A DNA stretch of 64,000 nucleotides. It comes from Octopus vulgaris (Eukaryota). The stretch lies in contig OX597817.1 in the NCBI GenBank assembly GCA_951406725.2, positions 31,806,001 to 31,870,000 on the forward strand, written 5' to 3'. A program made the position numbers and the translations under genes. This document shows, in pieces, positions 1 through 13,577 of the stretch. The number at the start of each line of letters is the position of its first letter. Position 1 is the first letter of the stretch. The notes under the pieces are model-generated. The model made no database searches, had not been told where the DNA came from, and saw only the letters and a program-made list of their open reading frames with translations.

Positions 1-706
1 GAAGCAGCTTTTGTAAAGAATGTTAATTAGCACATCCGACCTAACTTGAAAGTGTTGCTTATAACAACTTCTGTAAACGTCCCGAAAAATCAATTCTAAG
101 AATCGATCAAAAGTCAATCTTCGATTGTCGAAATTCAGCAGCACACAAGTAGATGGTACCTGATTTCACCATTTCGCGGATCCTCAGATGCAGCAAGCCA
201 AACCGAAATACTTAAAACAATCTTAGTTTTTAGAACGATGACAATATAATTACCTCTTTTTCAATCCTCATACTCTTTCTATAAGTGAAACTCTTTTACT
301 CCATTTGAGCTTAATTAGAAAAAGTCTGGTTAAATTGGGGATACATCCACCATGACAACAACCTCTGAAATAATAAGCCCTATGCCAATACACGACCGAG
401 ACAGCCCATAGATGGCCACTCAGCAGCTAGAAATTTAAAATTCTCTTTACAATCTTTGAAACATAGAAAGTTGCTAAAGGGATGAGGAATCTTGTGTAAA
501 AGTCTTCTAATGTAGAATCAGGTTGATCAATATCTAGTGAGTAAAATTCTGTAGACAGAAGTTTTGTAGAAACTTGTTGTATGCATGCGTGTATTTGTTT
601 GTTTTGTGTGTGTATGTATGACTGTGTGTATGAGGTTATAAGAGATAATGGTGTCATTGAGACCCAAAGGTGTCAGGTAATGCTGAATAAGTGCGATAGA
701 CACACC

Positions 707-758
707 GTCTCCGATGAAGGGATATTATTAATTAATATCCTAGAAACAGCTGTAAGAC
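707..758 (+). ncRNA. Hammerhead-ribozyme-like motif (type I, Penelope-type), core variant U4C
   Basis: GTCT-CCGATGA-A-GGGATATT...AATATCCT-A-GAAA-CAGCTG-TA-AGAC: stem I GTCT/AGAC, stem II hairpin, palindromic stem III ACAGCTGT. Confidence 0.6.
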
Positions 759-1898
759 CCTCTATCTATAAATGCTCTAATATCTATACAGCCTTGGTTT
801 TTTTTTATCTCATTACGCAAAAAATTCTGACTGTGTGTATGTATATGTGTATGCATTGAAGAACATTCGTCCTTACCAAAGAAATATGTTAACTTCTGTT
901 CAAATAAAATAGGGAAGCGGCGTAATGAAATGTTATTTATCAATATTCATTCATCAACTATAAAACTCAATTAACAACAGCCACTTACATTATTCTTTAT
1001 GCACAATACTTACCTACTTTTGTACGCGAAAAGATATTGCATTTCTGAGCGTGTGAGTTAAATAACTGAATGCGTGACGCATTTTCCTTCGGTTTTTAGA
1101 CAGCCAATAAAGTTTCTATGTCTATTAAAGATTTTCAAAAACTTTTGCTTATATATTAATACGCTACTCCTCTATTTCAGTCGTTCGAGCAATCTATTAT
1201 TTCAAACACAGTTATGATTCAAAATGTGTCCTCTTCTATTAATATATGCCTGCGTACATGTGGGTATCCGTGTACCTGTATTTATATATACAGGTGTAAA
1301 ACATCCGTGAACCACGCTCCGTCACGCCAAATAGGTTAAACATAGACTGTGTTAAACAAGTATATAAAATAAGCACCAGAGAAAGATAAGAACTTGAACT
1401 TAAACGAATGATTAAAATACTCGATCGTTCATATTAATCTCGCTTCATATTAATTTGTCTACAGTCATATTAATTTGGCAACAGTCAAATTAATATGAGA
1501 ATTAATATGGCTGAGGTCAAATGGTTGAATTAGTAAAGAAGACCAGAAAAAAGAGTCTGTGACAAATTGTGCCTGAAAAGATAGGATGGTCACGGTTATA
1601 ATTCCTCTGATTATAGTTATATATTCGATTAGGGCTGACGAGATATTAGACAATGACAATTGAAATGATGGTCTTAAATGGAGGAGTGTTATAGTTTATT
1701 AAGGTTGATAATTAGTCTAGATAAATCAGTTAAATTTATTACTTGATGATTGGTGAGGCAAATCTAGGTGGTTGAGAGATATTTGTTGCTGAAACAAATG
1801 TCTGGTTTAATTCCAGAAGTGTTTGTTTCGGGCTAGAAAGGTGACGATGGTATTAGTGAGAATGTCTTATATGTTCCAGAAATGGATCATGTAAACCA

Positions 1899-2316
1899 GG
1901 ATCTTTTCGGTTTGAACGGCAGTTTTTAACATAATGTCTAGGTAACTAAAAAAATTTAAACTTCATGTACTGGTAGAATGTGTTTATAAAACATATTTTT
2001 CTCTTGGTTTTATTGAGAAAATTCTATAATTTGTAAGATATTTGTTGTTTTTTTTTCTTCAATCTCTGCAATTTCAACCAATCAGTGACGTCTATTGAGT
2101 TAAAAAGCATTCTGTGCCGTATGAATATGTCCCTCGTTTAAGAAAACAGATTGGGTTTATTTACATTTCTGAAGAAAAAAAGTTACCATCTCCCAACCCT
2201 AACCCTAACCCTAAAAGAGATTGAAATGCAATAGATCGATTCTAGGGTCATAATTATGGGTGACAATTTCATATGACACCGCTAGAAAAAAACTGCCGTT
2301 CAAACCGAAAAGAGCC
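1899..2316. mobile_element. MITE / non-autonomous DNA transposon (GG..CC ends, 9-bp TSD; Merlin- or MULE-like)
   Basis: ~29-bp TIRs GGATCTTTTCGGTTTGAACGGCAGTTTTT / AAAAACTGCCGTTCAAACCGAAAAGAGCC; flanks TGTAAACCA (1890-1898) and TCTAAACCA (2317-2325); internal (CCCTAA)3. Confidence 0.8.
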
Positions 2317-2905
2317 TCTAAACCATTATGGGAAACTATTATAAGCCATGTATAAAAAAAACTTGAGGATGTATAGCGTAATATAATGTTTTAAATAATG
2401 TAACGTAATATATTTTGAATATTTTTAAAAAGTAAAGAAAACTGTGTCGCGCTACTGACCAGCGTAACACAGAGCTACTACAAGAGATCTGAAAGAAGCG
2501 TGGAAGACGTAGTTATATTTAGTTTATACTCAATACGCTCATTCAATAATTCTTGTATGTATACGTGTGTGTGCGCGTGCGTGTGTGTATATGTATGTAT
2601 GTAATAATGGTTCCTAGTATATGTGCGTATATATCATTACTGAATCATTCACATTTCCTCCTTTTTCGGTTAATCATTAATTCTTTCGAGAATGTTAACA
2701 GCATAACAGCTTAAAACTAATATTTATTTTTGCATATGATAGATTCATATTTCTTAATGAGTACAAATTATCAAACATTGCACACTTCATCTTGTTTCGC
2801 TTTCAATAAATAATCAAAACAAAATAAATCTGAAAACTATATACACATATCTATGTACATGTATGCGTGTGGGTGCGTATGTGTGTGTGTATGAAATATA
2901 TACAG

Positions 2906-2907
<2 letters not shown>

Positions 2908-2979
<72 letters not shown>

Positions 2980-3047
2980 CGTGTGTGTGTGTGTGTGTGT
3001 GTGTGTGTCTGTGTGTGTGTGTGTGTCTGTGTCTGTGTGTGTGTGTG
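2908..3047. repeat. Compound (CA)n(TA)n(GT)n microsatellite
   Basis: Direct inspection. Confidence 0.95.
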
Positions 3048-3613
3048 ATAAAATAAAATCACTGGTATCAACCTACCATATCACCAGACTAGCATCAATA
3101 TATAGTAAGTAATATATATCTTAGTGGTCTGAGGTTTTCAGGACAGGAAATGTAAATTGTCTTATAACGATTTTGGCAGACTTTTAGTATCAGAACGATA
3201 ATTCCAACCCCGAAACTGGAAGAATCATTTATAATTTTGCCTCTGTACAGCAGACTTTGTAGATAGAGTCTACGCTAATCTTGTTCGATAAATATTTGTT
3301 TAATCAAAAGAAAACTTTTCCATCACAACGAGTTGTCTCTTGCTACAATCTATTCAGGTGGAACTTTTCTCTGCTTCTTTTGACGAGTGAGAAAAAGGGG
3401 GGAAATAATTCAAGAGAATAGTCTTTCATAAGCATTATTCTACTCTTTTCCACAAACTATTTTACTAGATATATCAGCCAAATTTCCTACAAAACATACT
3501 CGGCCTCCAAAAATAAGAAACGGATAAATTAAATAATGTAGCTTTATATAACTCTAAAAAGATGGAATGGTCACATTTGGAATATGTTTGACCATAGGTC
3601 TTCACGAGCTGGT

Positions 3614-4031
3614 CTCTTTACTCTTTACTCTTTTACTCTTTTACTTGTTTCAGTCATTTGACTGCGGCCATGCTGGAGCACCGCCTTTAATCGAGTAACT
3701 CGACCCCGGAACTTATTCTTTTGTAAACCCAGTACTTATTCTATCGGTTTGTTTTGCCGAACCGCTAAGTAATGGGGACATAAACACACCAGCATCGGTT
3801 GTCAAGCAATGCTAGGGAGATAAACACAGACGCACAAACACACACACGCATAAATATACATATATATACGACGGGCTTCTTTCAGTTTCCGTCTACCAAA
3901 TCCACTCACAAGGCTTTGGTCGGCCCGAGGCTATAGTAGAAGACACTTGCCCAAGGTGCCACGCAGTGGGTCTGAACCCGGAACCATGTGGTTGGTAAAC
4001 AAGCTACTTACCACACAGCCACTCCTGCGCC
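3614..4031 (-). mobile_element. SINE family A (tRNA-derived head, CORE-like segment, internal microsatellite, GAGTAAAA-repeat tail)
   Basis: Minus strand GGCGCAGGAGTGGCTGTGTGGTAAG...GGGTTCAG...CCTTGGGCAAGTGTCTTC; many homologous copies in the window. Confidence 0.85.
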
Positions 4032-4140
4032 ACTCCTACTTCTAAATAACATCATTTTTTAAAACTATTACACCTGACAATAAAGTAATTACAGTGAAAT
4101 TCCATAACGCCGCTGATGCACACTGTCAGTAGATTTAGTC

Positions 4141-4365
4141 CTTTTACTCTTTTACTCTTTTACTTGTTTCAGTCATTTGACTGCGGCCATGCTGGAGCAC
4201 CGCCTTTAATCGAGGAACTCGACCCTGGAACTTATTCTTTTGTAAACCCAGTACTTATTCTATCAGTCTCTTTTGCCGAACCGCTAAGTAACGGGGACAT
4301 AAACACACCAGCATCGGTTGTCAAGTAATGCTAGGGGGACAAACACAGACACACAAACATACACA

Positions 4366-4415
<50 letters not shown>

Positions 4416-4558
4416 TGAGAAAGTTGGTGTGTGAAAGCACGTGGTTGAATATATAGAAAATAGTAAAAAGTGAAAAAAACTACTTCTGCCATAATGACTC
4501 AAATATATTTTTTAACCTTTTAAAACAAGCCTTCTGTAGTTTTTTCACTTTTTACTAT

Positions 4559-4621
<63 letters not shown>

Positions 4622-4783
4622 GACGGGCTTCTTTCAGTTTCCGTCTACCAAATCTACTCACAAGGCTTTGGTCGGCCCGAGGCTATAGTAGAAGGCACTT
4701 GCCCAAGGTGCCACGCAGTGGGACTGAACCCGGAACCATCTGGTTGGTAAACATGCTACTTACCACACAGCCACTCCTGCGCC
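4141..4783 (-). mobile_element. SINE family A copy (tandem duplicate of 3614-4031) with an insertion in its internal microsatellite
   Basis: Same sequence and same unique flank as the previous copy. Confidence 0.85.
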
Positions 4784-5070
4784 ACTCCTACTTCTAAATA
4801 ACATCATTTTAAAAAACTATTACACCTGACAATAAAGTAATTACAGTGAAGTTCCATAACGCTGCTGATGCACACTGTCAGTAGTTTTAGTCCAGTTGAG
4901 AACAATAGTGATTATCATCTAAGTCTTTTTATCAGCCATTATCTACTTATGTAGATGTAGTCCTTCTGTTAGTGAAAATATCGTTCAATATGTATGAGAT
5001 GCGTAAGAATAACCAATGTGAGAAAGGTGTGAAAATAAAGCATGTAACTCTCATCTTGCAACCAGATATT

Positions 5071-5646
5071 CTTTTCTACTCTAGACACAAGGCTCGACAT
5101 TTTGGGGTCCAGTCGATTACATCGACCCCAGTACGCAACTGGTATTTTAAGTTATCGATCCCGAAAGAATGAAAAGTAAAGTCGACCTCGGCGGAATTTG
5201 AACTCAGAACATAAAGACAGACGAAATACCTATTTCTTTACTACCCACAAGGGGCTAAACACAGAGAGGACAAACAAGGACAGACAAACGGATGATGTCG
5301 ATTACATCGACCCCAGTGCGTAACTGGTACTTATTTAATCGAGCCCGAAATGATGAAAGGCAAAGTCGACCTCGGCGGAATTTGAACTCAGAACGTAGCG
5401 GCAGACGAAATACCTATTTCTTTACTACCCACAAGGGGGTAAACACAGAGAGGACAAACAAGCACAGACAAATGGATTAAGTCGATTATATCGACCCCAG
5501 TGCGTAACTGGTACTTATTTAATCGACCCCGAAAGGATGAAAGGCAAAGTCGACCTCGGCGGAATTTGAACTCAGAACGTAACGGCAGACGAAATACCGC
5601 TAAGCATTTCGCTCGGCGTGCTAACGTTTCTGCCAGCTCGCCGCCT
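5071..5646 (-). mobile_element. SINE family B trimer (tRNA-like head, Deu/Nin-like central domain)
   Basis: Head GGCGGCGAGCTGGCAG plus three bodies containing GCCTTTCATCCTTTCGGGGTCGAT; TSD TCTTGCA(A/C)CCAGATATT at 5054-5070 and 5647-5663. Confidence 0.88.
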
Positions 5647-5936
5647 TCTTGCACCCAGATATTGAAATAAAACAGTGCTTGAAATGATGTTCAACCGGAA
5701 CGCCACGGAGCGTGAATTTAAAATAGGTATTTCTACATTTTACAGCATTAAGAAACAAAAGGACAAGTTAATAGTCTATAGCTGATACAAAGAGTATATA
5801 TATTTTTTTTAAATCAAAATTGCCAGAACTTGATTCAATGCTATGAAAGTAGTTTAGTGTAAAGTGATCCAAGTGTATACTAATTTAAGGAACACTGTTC
5901 AGTGAAAACGCTGAGCAATTACCTGAAGGTACTGGT

Positions 5937-6280
5937 GAAGGCGCATGGCTCAGTGGTTAGAGCGTCGAGCTTACGATCGTGAGGTTGTGAGCTCGAATCC
6001 CGGACCGGGCTGCGTGTTGTGTTCTTGAGCAAGGCACTTTATTTCACGTTGCTCCAGTTCACTCAGCTGTAGAAATGAGTTGCGACGTCACTGGTGCCAA
6101 GCTGTATCGACCTTTGTCTTTCCCTTGGATAACACTGGTGGCGTGGAGAGGGGAGGCTGGTATGCATGGGCGACTGCTGGTCTTCCATAAACAACCTTGC
6201 CCGGACTTGTGTCTAGGAGGGTAACTTTCTAAGTGCAATCCCATGGTCATTCATGACCGAAGGGGGTCTTTACCCCTTTA
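5937..6280 (+). mobile_element. SINE family C (tRNA head, Meta-like central domain, tail 1)
   Basis: A box GGCTCAGTGG and B-box-like GAGCTCGAATCC, then TGTGTTCTTGAGCAAGGCACTTT; homologue at 46878-47137. Confidence 0.8.
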
Positions 6281-6555
6281 CTGGTTTAAGGGAACTTGCG
6301 TTTTTACGATTGTGAGGTATAGAAACTCTACTACACCACATGGCATTCGTTAATTTTATTTGTCAAGCGAAAAGAAGTCGGCAAGTATTGAGGCCGCGGG
6401 AAAATCCATTTACCAACTTGATGGCAGTGAAAACATGATTTTGTTGGGGTTTTTTAAGACAAAGTTTCAATACTCCTGCATATTTTGATAATCTGGCACA
6501 TACTCGTGTTGAAACAGCATCTGATTAGAGGCACCTAATTACCATTTTAGTCAAT

Positions 6556-7142
<587 letters not shown>

Positions 7143-7869
7143 TACATATCATTTCTTTACAAACATTGACCTTGGTGAAAGAAATTAATATTTATTGTAT
7201 GACAGTGCGGTAGAGATGGTTGTGGAAGCTGACAAGTGGATTTGAGTTTATTTTGACTTAGATATGGTACTCATCTGAATTCAAATCCTACGAAACTGAA
7301 TTTATTTTTCATGCTTCCTTCAGCGAATAAGTTAAGTAACAATATTCCACATCTCCTCTGTTTAAAATTATATCCAGCTAAATGCAGCCAAAGGAAAATT
7401 TTAATTTTCCTCTGTAACAATGTGTGGTCGCATTTACGTAAAATGGGAAGACATGGCCTAATGGTTTCATTTGCAATTATAAGATTCCGCGTTCGATCCC
7501 GACTGCATGTCACATTGGGTGTCTTGTAACATAGCTTCAAGTTGGACCAAGTGTGACGAATGAAACTGACTGTACGAAATTTTGTAGAACGATTGTAATG
7601 GTAATTCACAGAGTCAACTTGTAACATGCTGTTATAGAGGTACTTGCTGAATCAGATTAACAATTACATTCAAGTTACAACTATCCATGGAGTACTCAAC
7701 CCCCATACATTATGATACAAAGGGCAGACAACTGATGTAATTGAATACTCGGAAAATACATTATCAAAACTGACAGACGATCTATAGCCAATGTAACAAA
7801 TATTTGCGTATATATGAACAAGCGAGCGATTGAGCGAGTGAGTGAATGAGGGAGGGGATTACGATAAAG

Positions 7870-8080
7870 ATCATTCCCGAGTCATATAGACTCATAGGAC
7901 TAGTTTTTCGGTTTCCGTGGCGCGTATATTAACCTCCTGGACGGGACGCCAGTCATTTTAGCCAACTGAATGGACTGGAGCGACGCGGCTCAACAATGCT
8001 AGGTTTCGTCCAGTCCATGAATGGAAACTACAATCTTAAGATTATGAGTCTAATACCCTAATCACTGAGCCACGAGCCTC
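7870..8080 (-). mobile_element. Diverged tRNA-derived SINE (family C-related, tail 3)
   Basis: Head GAGGCTCGTGGCTCAGTGATTAGG; tail ACTGGCGTCCCGTCCAG...GCCACGGAAACCG similar to 36828-36905. Confidence 0.6.
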
Positions 8081-8085
8081 AACAA

Positions 8086-8710
8086 TGAGTGATTGGGTGA
8101 GTGAGTGAGTGAGTGAGTGATTGAGTGAGCGAGTGAGTGAGTGAGTGAGCGAGTGAGTGAGCAAGCGAGTGAGTGAGTGAGTGAGTGAGTGAGCGAGTGA
8201 GTGAGTGAGTGAGTGAGTGAGTGAGTGAGTGAGTGAGTGAGTGAGTGAGTGAGTGAGTGAGTGAGTGAGTGAGCGAGCGAGTGAGTGAGTGAGTGAGTGA
8301 GTGAGTGAGTGAGCGAGCGAGTGAGTGAGTGAGCGAGTGAGCGAGTGAGTGAGTGAGTGAGTGAGTGAGTGAGCGAGCGAGTGAGTGAGTGAGCGAGTGA
8401 GTGAGTGAGTGAGTGAGTGAGTGAGTGAGTGAGTGAGTGAGTGAGCGCGTGAGTGAACGAGTGAGTGAGTGAGTGAGCGAGTGAGTGAGCGAGTGAGTGA
8501 TTGAGTGATTAAGTGAGTGAGTGAGTGAGTGAGTGAGTGAGTGAGTGAGTGAGCGCGTGAGTGAGTGAGTGAGTGAGTGAGTGAGTGAGTGAGTGAGCGA
8601 GTGAGTGAGTGAGTGAGTGAGTGAGTGAGTGAGTGAGTGAGTGAGTGAGTGAGTGAGAGATTAGGTATGTATGTATGTATGTATGTATGTATGTATGTAT
8701 GCATGCATGT
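8086..8710. repeat. (GAGT)n tetranucleotide array followed by (TATG)n
   Basis: Direct inspection; explains spurious ORF 8042-8725. Confidence 0.97.
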
Positions 8711-9049
8711 ATATAATTGCTTCAAAGTAGTACGAACAAATTAAAGAGTACCCAATCAGTCTAATAAAATGTTATTAAAACATAACTACAAATTTCCCCC
8801 CAGTGAGGTGTTCATCATATGGCAACGCTTGTCAGTGCTAATGGAATTATTGTTCACGCTCAGTACCATGCAAACGTAGCTCTGTTTGTTTACTTTCGGT
8901 TAGGATTTATTTCTATGATACATGTAGACGTATGACGATCATTGTTTTTGACACTTCGTAGTAATAGAATACAATTACACGAGTGAATATAATGATATGT
9001 ATATGTGTCTTAACTGATTATCATGACTCTTCCACAATGTAAATATTTA

Positions 9050-9092
<43 letters not shown>

Positions 9093-10303
9093 ACATACGC
9101 ACGCACGCACACACACACACACACATACACACATACATACATACATTAAGCAATATGAGTTAACTTATCGTGTAGGCTACCATTAGTTTCACGGTCTCAA
9201 TTTCAGATTCTGATTATATTCACATGGTATAAGAAAATTAGAAATATTTCGAAAAGATACTTTTTCAAACTTCCGCTTTTGTTAAGATTAATAACTCGGC
9301 CTTAGGAGTTCTTGGTTATTTCCCTTTAATTGTGATATAAAAGTCACTGGCGAAAGCGTAGCAAATTGTTTGAAGTTGATAGGAAACCAAAACGTTTAAT
9401 ATGATTAATACTAAAGAAAAAGAAAATAATAGGAAGGAAATAAGAGGGATGTAGTTGTAAAAAGAAGAAATAAATATAAAAATAAAGTAGGCAAGTGACA
9501 GCAGGAAAGATTGAAAAAACGAAAAAAAAAAAAAAAAAGGAATAAGAACGAATTTGAGGAAAAGTAATATCAAGTATGTGGATTTAAGTATGCGGATCTA
9601 AGATAGCGTTTCCCAGCTGCGTAATAGGTGCTTTTCAAAGTATTTGCCTTTCAAAAGAGATCTTGTTTAAGAAGTCTTTGAGGATATTCCCCTTCTCTAC
9701 TGCATATGGTCCCTTCTTTTATTTCTAGTTTGGTAGAATCTAAATCTTGCTAGAATTTTCCATTTTATGATATAGTTTTGAGACTTTTCATTTCTATTGA
9801 CATCTTTAAAGGAGGATTATGATTATAATTTTTTTAAAGTTTTCTTTGTCATATTTGTATAAATTTTGTGTTGCAACTCTGTAATATGTAATTTATTTTT
9901 ACTTACTGACCCTGGAGGAAGAAGTAATGCTCATGACTCTTACAAGAGTTAAGAGATCAGCCAACTTTTTCGAATAGACGCCTTTCTCACTTCCGTGGTA
10001 TAAGTAATTTACATATCACCAAGACGGCTATGCCTTTTTTATCGGAGAACAGAAGATAGCTGCTAAATACCCGATCAACCAAAGAGATAAGTATGCCTCT
10101 AAACTTCCACGTTATGATTGAAAATGTCGATTGAGCCACACACATGTGGAATATATCATTAGCAGCTGTCTAAAAACGTCGCAGAGGAGAGAATGTGTCA
10201 ATTGTGCCATATTAATGTGGAAGATAACACTTATATCGTCAGTAGTTGTCCAGAAATATACAGAATTACTACCTTTCCATAAAATATGACATTATCACTG
10301 GAT

Positions 10304-10683
10304 GGAAGCACTCCGTCGGTTACGACGACGAGGGTTCTGGTTGATCCGAATCAACGGAACAGCCTGCTCGTGAAATTAACGTGTAAGTGGCTGAGCACTC
10401 CACAGACACGTGTACCCTTAACGTAGTTCTCGGGGATATTCGGCGTGACACAGAGAGTGACAAGGCCGGCCCTTTGAAATACAGGTACAACAGAAACAGG
10501 AAGTAAGAGTGAGAGAAAGTTGTGGTGAAAGAGTACAGCAGGGACCACCACCATCCCCTGCCGGAGCCGCGTGGAGATTTAGGTGTTTTCGCTCAATAAA
10601 CACACACAACGCCCGGTCTGGGAATCGAAACCGCGATCCTATGACCGCGAGTCCGCTGCCCTAACCACTGGGCCATTGCACTC
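10304..10683 (-). mobile_element. SINE family D (tRNA-Arg-like head, body 2, tail 2)
   Basis: Head TGGCCCAGTGGTTAGGGCAGCGGACTCGCGGTC...GGTTTCGATTCC; 3' half shared with 30822-31005, 35000-35176 and 40560-40668. Confidence 0.82.
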
Positions 10684-11069
10684 CACTACATTATCACTAA
10701 GACAGTCGAAAATGCTATACGCAGGAAGGAATGTTCTGACAGCCATACCAAAGGTACTCTTGGGCTAGAGAGTATCCACCCCTTAAGAAATAAAGAATAC
10801 AGGTGGAACATTCCAATAAAAAAGGAACCTGTTAAGCACAGTAGTTTGATATAGTTGTATGGGACAGAAAGCAAAAGTTGTGCACTGCTGTAGGGTTCAG
10901 TTTCCCGGCTAATGTGGATGTCTCTTCAAAAATTGGAGAAACAGGAAACATCTATGGAAAACTAATGAAAAAATCCTACAGAACAGAATAAATAACGGAA
11001 GGCGTTTTGTCCGACACTCTACCAATTTTGTTCTACCTTTTTATCTACCACCAGAGCATTAATTGTTTT

Positions 11070-11260
11070 TAATTTGGACACAAGGGCAGCAATTTTGAAG
11101 GCGTGGGTTAGTTGATGCCATCGGCCCAGTACCATGACTAGTGTTTTATTTCATCGATTCCGGAAGGATAATGGGCAAGGCTCACCTCGGCGAGACTTAA
11201 ATTCAGTATGTAAAAAGCCGAAACAAATATCGAGAGGCAATTTGTCCGATTCCCTTATAA
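11070..11260 (-). mobile_element. Diverged SINE family B copy
   Basis: Degenerate match to CCGAAAGGATGAAAGGCAAAGTCGACCTCGGCGG. Confidence 0.6.
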
Positions 11261-12699
11261 ATATATATATAATATATATTGTGAATATATATTGTGAATA
11301 TTTGTTTCCTAACGCATGCGCACTGCTAGAAATTCGTGGAAAGGAGTTAGTTGATAAAATCAACCTTAATTTTTGGTCTTACATGTTCCTTCTTTTACCA
11401 ATACAGTAGCGCATGACTTGAACGAGGTCTAGCTGCTATTTCCAGTATGGTGAGCGCCTGTACAAAGGCTTCCATGTTAATTTTGTTTTGTTTTTATTGG
11501 TGCTGGTGATGCTGATGGTGTTGATGTCGTTGACCTTACTGTTGCTATTAAAGTAGTAACTTTCATTCTTTTTAAGAAACTGACTTAAAACGATGAAGAA
11601 AATGTGAATTTGATAAATAAATAGTTGAATAAATAAATAAATAACAGAAAATTAAATAAGAGACCCAAGTGAGTCAATACCCAATGTTTCTTATTAATAT
11701 GTAAGCTATTCAAGGGATGATCTTTCAATTCTCTAAAGAGCTCTCATAGAGTTGCTACATTAGCTTGTATAGTATATTACACAAAGCTCTTACAATCGAC
11801 AGCCGTATCATACTGTTTTGACGCGCCGAAGTGTCGAACTTCCAGACAAGTTATTCTTACATTTCCCCCAACGAACAGGAATAGATTTATCCATACCAGT
11901 TCAAGCGACCATTACATGATCTGTCGACCAAGTATCGAATATCAAAGTAGAAAAGAAAAAGAAAGAAACATCTTCAAATATGAAGTGAAACGCTGGCAGT
12001 AGATTCTCTGCCAAATGAATGTGTGGCAAACTTTTCCCCGTTTTGAAACGCTTCAGTTATTTCGCTAATAAATTTAGGAAAAGCATGAACGTCACAATAT
12101 CCAGTTTCCTTTCTATTACTCAATGATTCGTACCTAATTAAGAAATTGTTGTTTGTCCTGCGAGCCTTAAATACAAGCCAGACGTGTTCGCTACTGTCTT
12201 GGCAGCCGTTTACTACAACCGGCAGCAGACAGAGCATTTCCAGTCGTGTGATCACAGGAGCAGTGGGGACTACTGAGGAATGTTGCGAACAAGGAAAACT
12301 TAGTAGACTTCAGCTCCACGACTCTGCCAGACGCAGATTTGCACATTGAGACTCGGAAACAAAGGACATGTGAACAAGATAGAGATATTTGCACTTCAAA
12401 AATACACAGGTAGAAAAGAAATTTTCGTAGGCATATACACACCGCATCATGATACACACAAACAATGCTACCAAAATTCTTACGTGGAAAACAAATAGTT
12501 CTATATTCATCACATTGCCTGCAACAAGGTATTTTTAAATACGAGTCAACAAGTGGAGAAATCAACTGCCTGGCACATGTATGTGACCGAAACAAATGCT
12601 TCTTTACCCGAGATTCTTACCCAGTAGTGGAACTGAAGAGGAATAAATTACCTATGCTTTATAAACAAAGGTGGGTGTTTTCAGTCGCTCTCAGAGAGA

Positions 12700-12925
12700 C
12701 TTGTAAAGAAGGTTCCGATGGAATTTCAACTGCAATAAAATATATGGAACTGTTTACCTGTTTTTCAAGACTGAGGAAGAGACAAAACGATATATTGAGT
12801 TGGAGAGCCACATACCTACACATAGGCTTATATCACATTACATGGGCCAGGAAAATATACGGGTCACAGTCAAGGTTGTAATCAGTGAGATTGATTCCTG
12901 GCCCGTTGCAATCTTTGTAGCACAT
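12700..12925 (+). pseudogene. Decayed retroelement ORF1 (gag-like) fragment, homologous to 16200-16735
   Basis: ESHIPTHRLISHYMGQENIRVTVKVVISEIDSWPVA aligns by eye with KTHMPSHILALRYLEQRIVRITVRGICNDIGSWFIV; frameshifted. Confidence 0.4.
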
Positions 12926-12989
12926 TTTCTTCTTCCTATTCTTCTTATTATTATCATTAATCGTTATTTTCTCTTTATCACAGGTTTTG

Positions 12990-13398
12990 TTGGTGCTCCT
13001 GGAGTCTTACACGCGTAGCGGACTTACTACCTGCAGCCTACGGTACCATACTATCGGTTCTTTTCAACTATCTAATGCTTTCCTGATCATTCTGGCCGGG
13101 CAAAGGAGGCAAACATTTTGTAACAGTTCTACTGGACACTCTGTTCCAATTTCCTTTATATTCCTCTTAATGCTTTCTGATACTATTCCCAAGAACCCAA
13201 CAATAATTGACACTACCTTCATCTTCATTTTCCATAGGCGGGCTATTTCGTACTTAAGAAGGTTGTATCTATTTATCTTCTTTTCTCCTTCCTTCCTGAC
13301 TTTTTGTGGGTCAAAAGGTCATGCAACGTCAACTATATAGCATGTGGTGCACCACTTGCTCCGGTCTGTTATGCTCTGGCACCTGATCTGTTTGGATT
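12990..13398 (-). mobile_element. R4/Dong-clade LINE 3' fragment (endonuclease C-terminus and 3' UTR), decayed
   Basis: PD motif and VVSIIVGFLG-type C-terminus; paralogous to 14430-14730; bounded by (ATT)n. Confidence 0.7.
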
Positions 13399-13399
13399 G

Positions 13400-13434
13400 A
13401 TTATTGTTGTTGTTGTTATTTATTATTATTATTA

Positions 13435-13475
<41 letters not shown>

Positions 13476-13488
13476 GTTATTATTATTA

Positions 13489-13576
<88 letters not shown>
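13400..13576. repeat. (ATT)n microsatellite
   Basis: Direct inspection. Confidence 0.97.

Positions 13577-13577
<1 letters not shown>

Noticed and set aside
5937-6010. tRNA gene (also 10610-10683, 34859-34925, 43271-43337)
   Set aside because: No complete acceptor stem, and the sequence continues into a repeat body; these are tRNA-derived heads.
8042-8725. 227-aa LTHS-repeat ORF (likewise the YIHT, poly-I/Y/N/G/P/H ORFs elsewhere)
   Set aside because: Translations of microsatellites.
11974-12881. Host gene exons suggested by several 90-140-aa ORFs
   Set aside because: No recognisable domain; the downstream part is frameshifted and paralogous to 16200-16735, consistent with a decayed TE ORF1.
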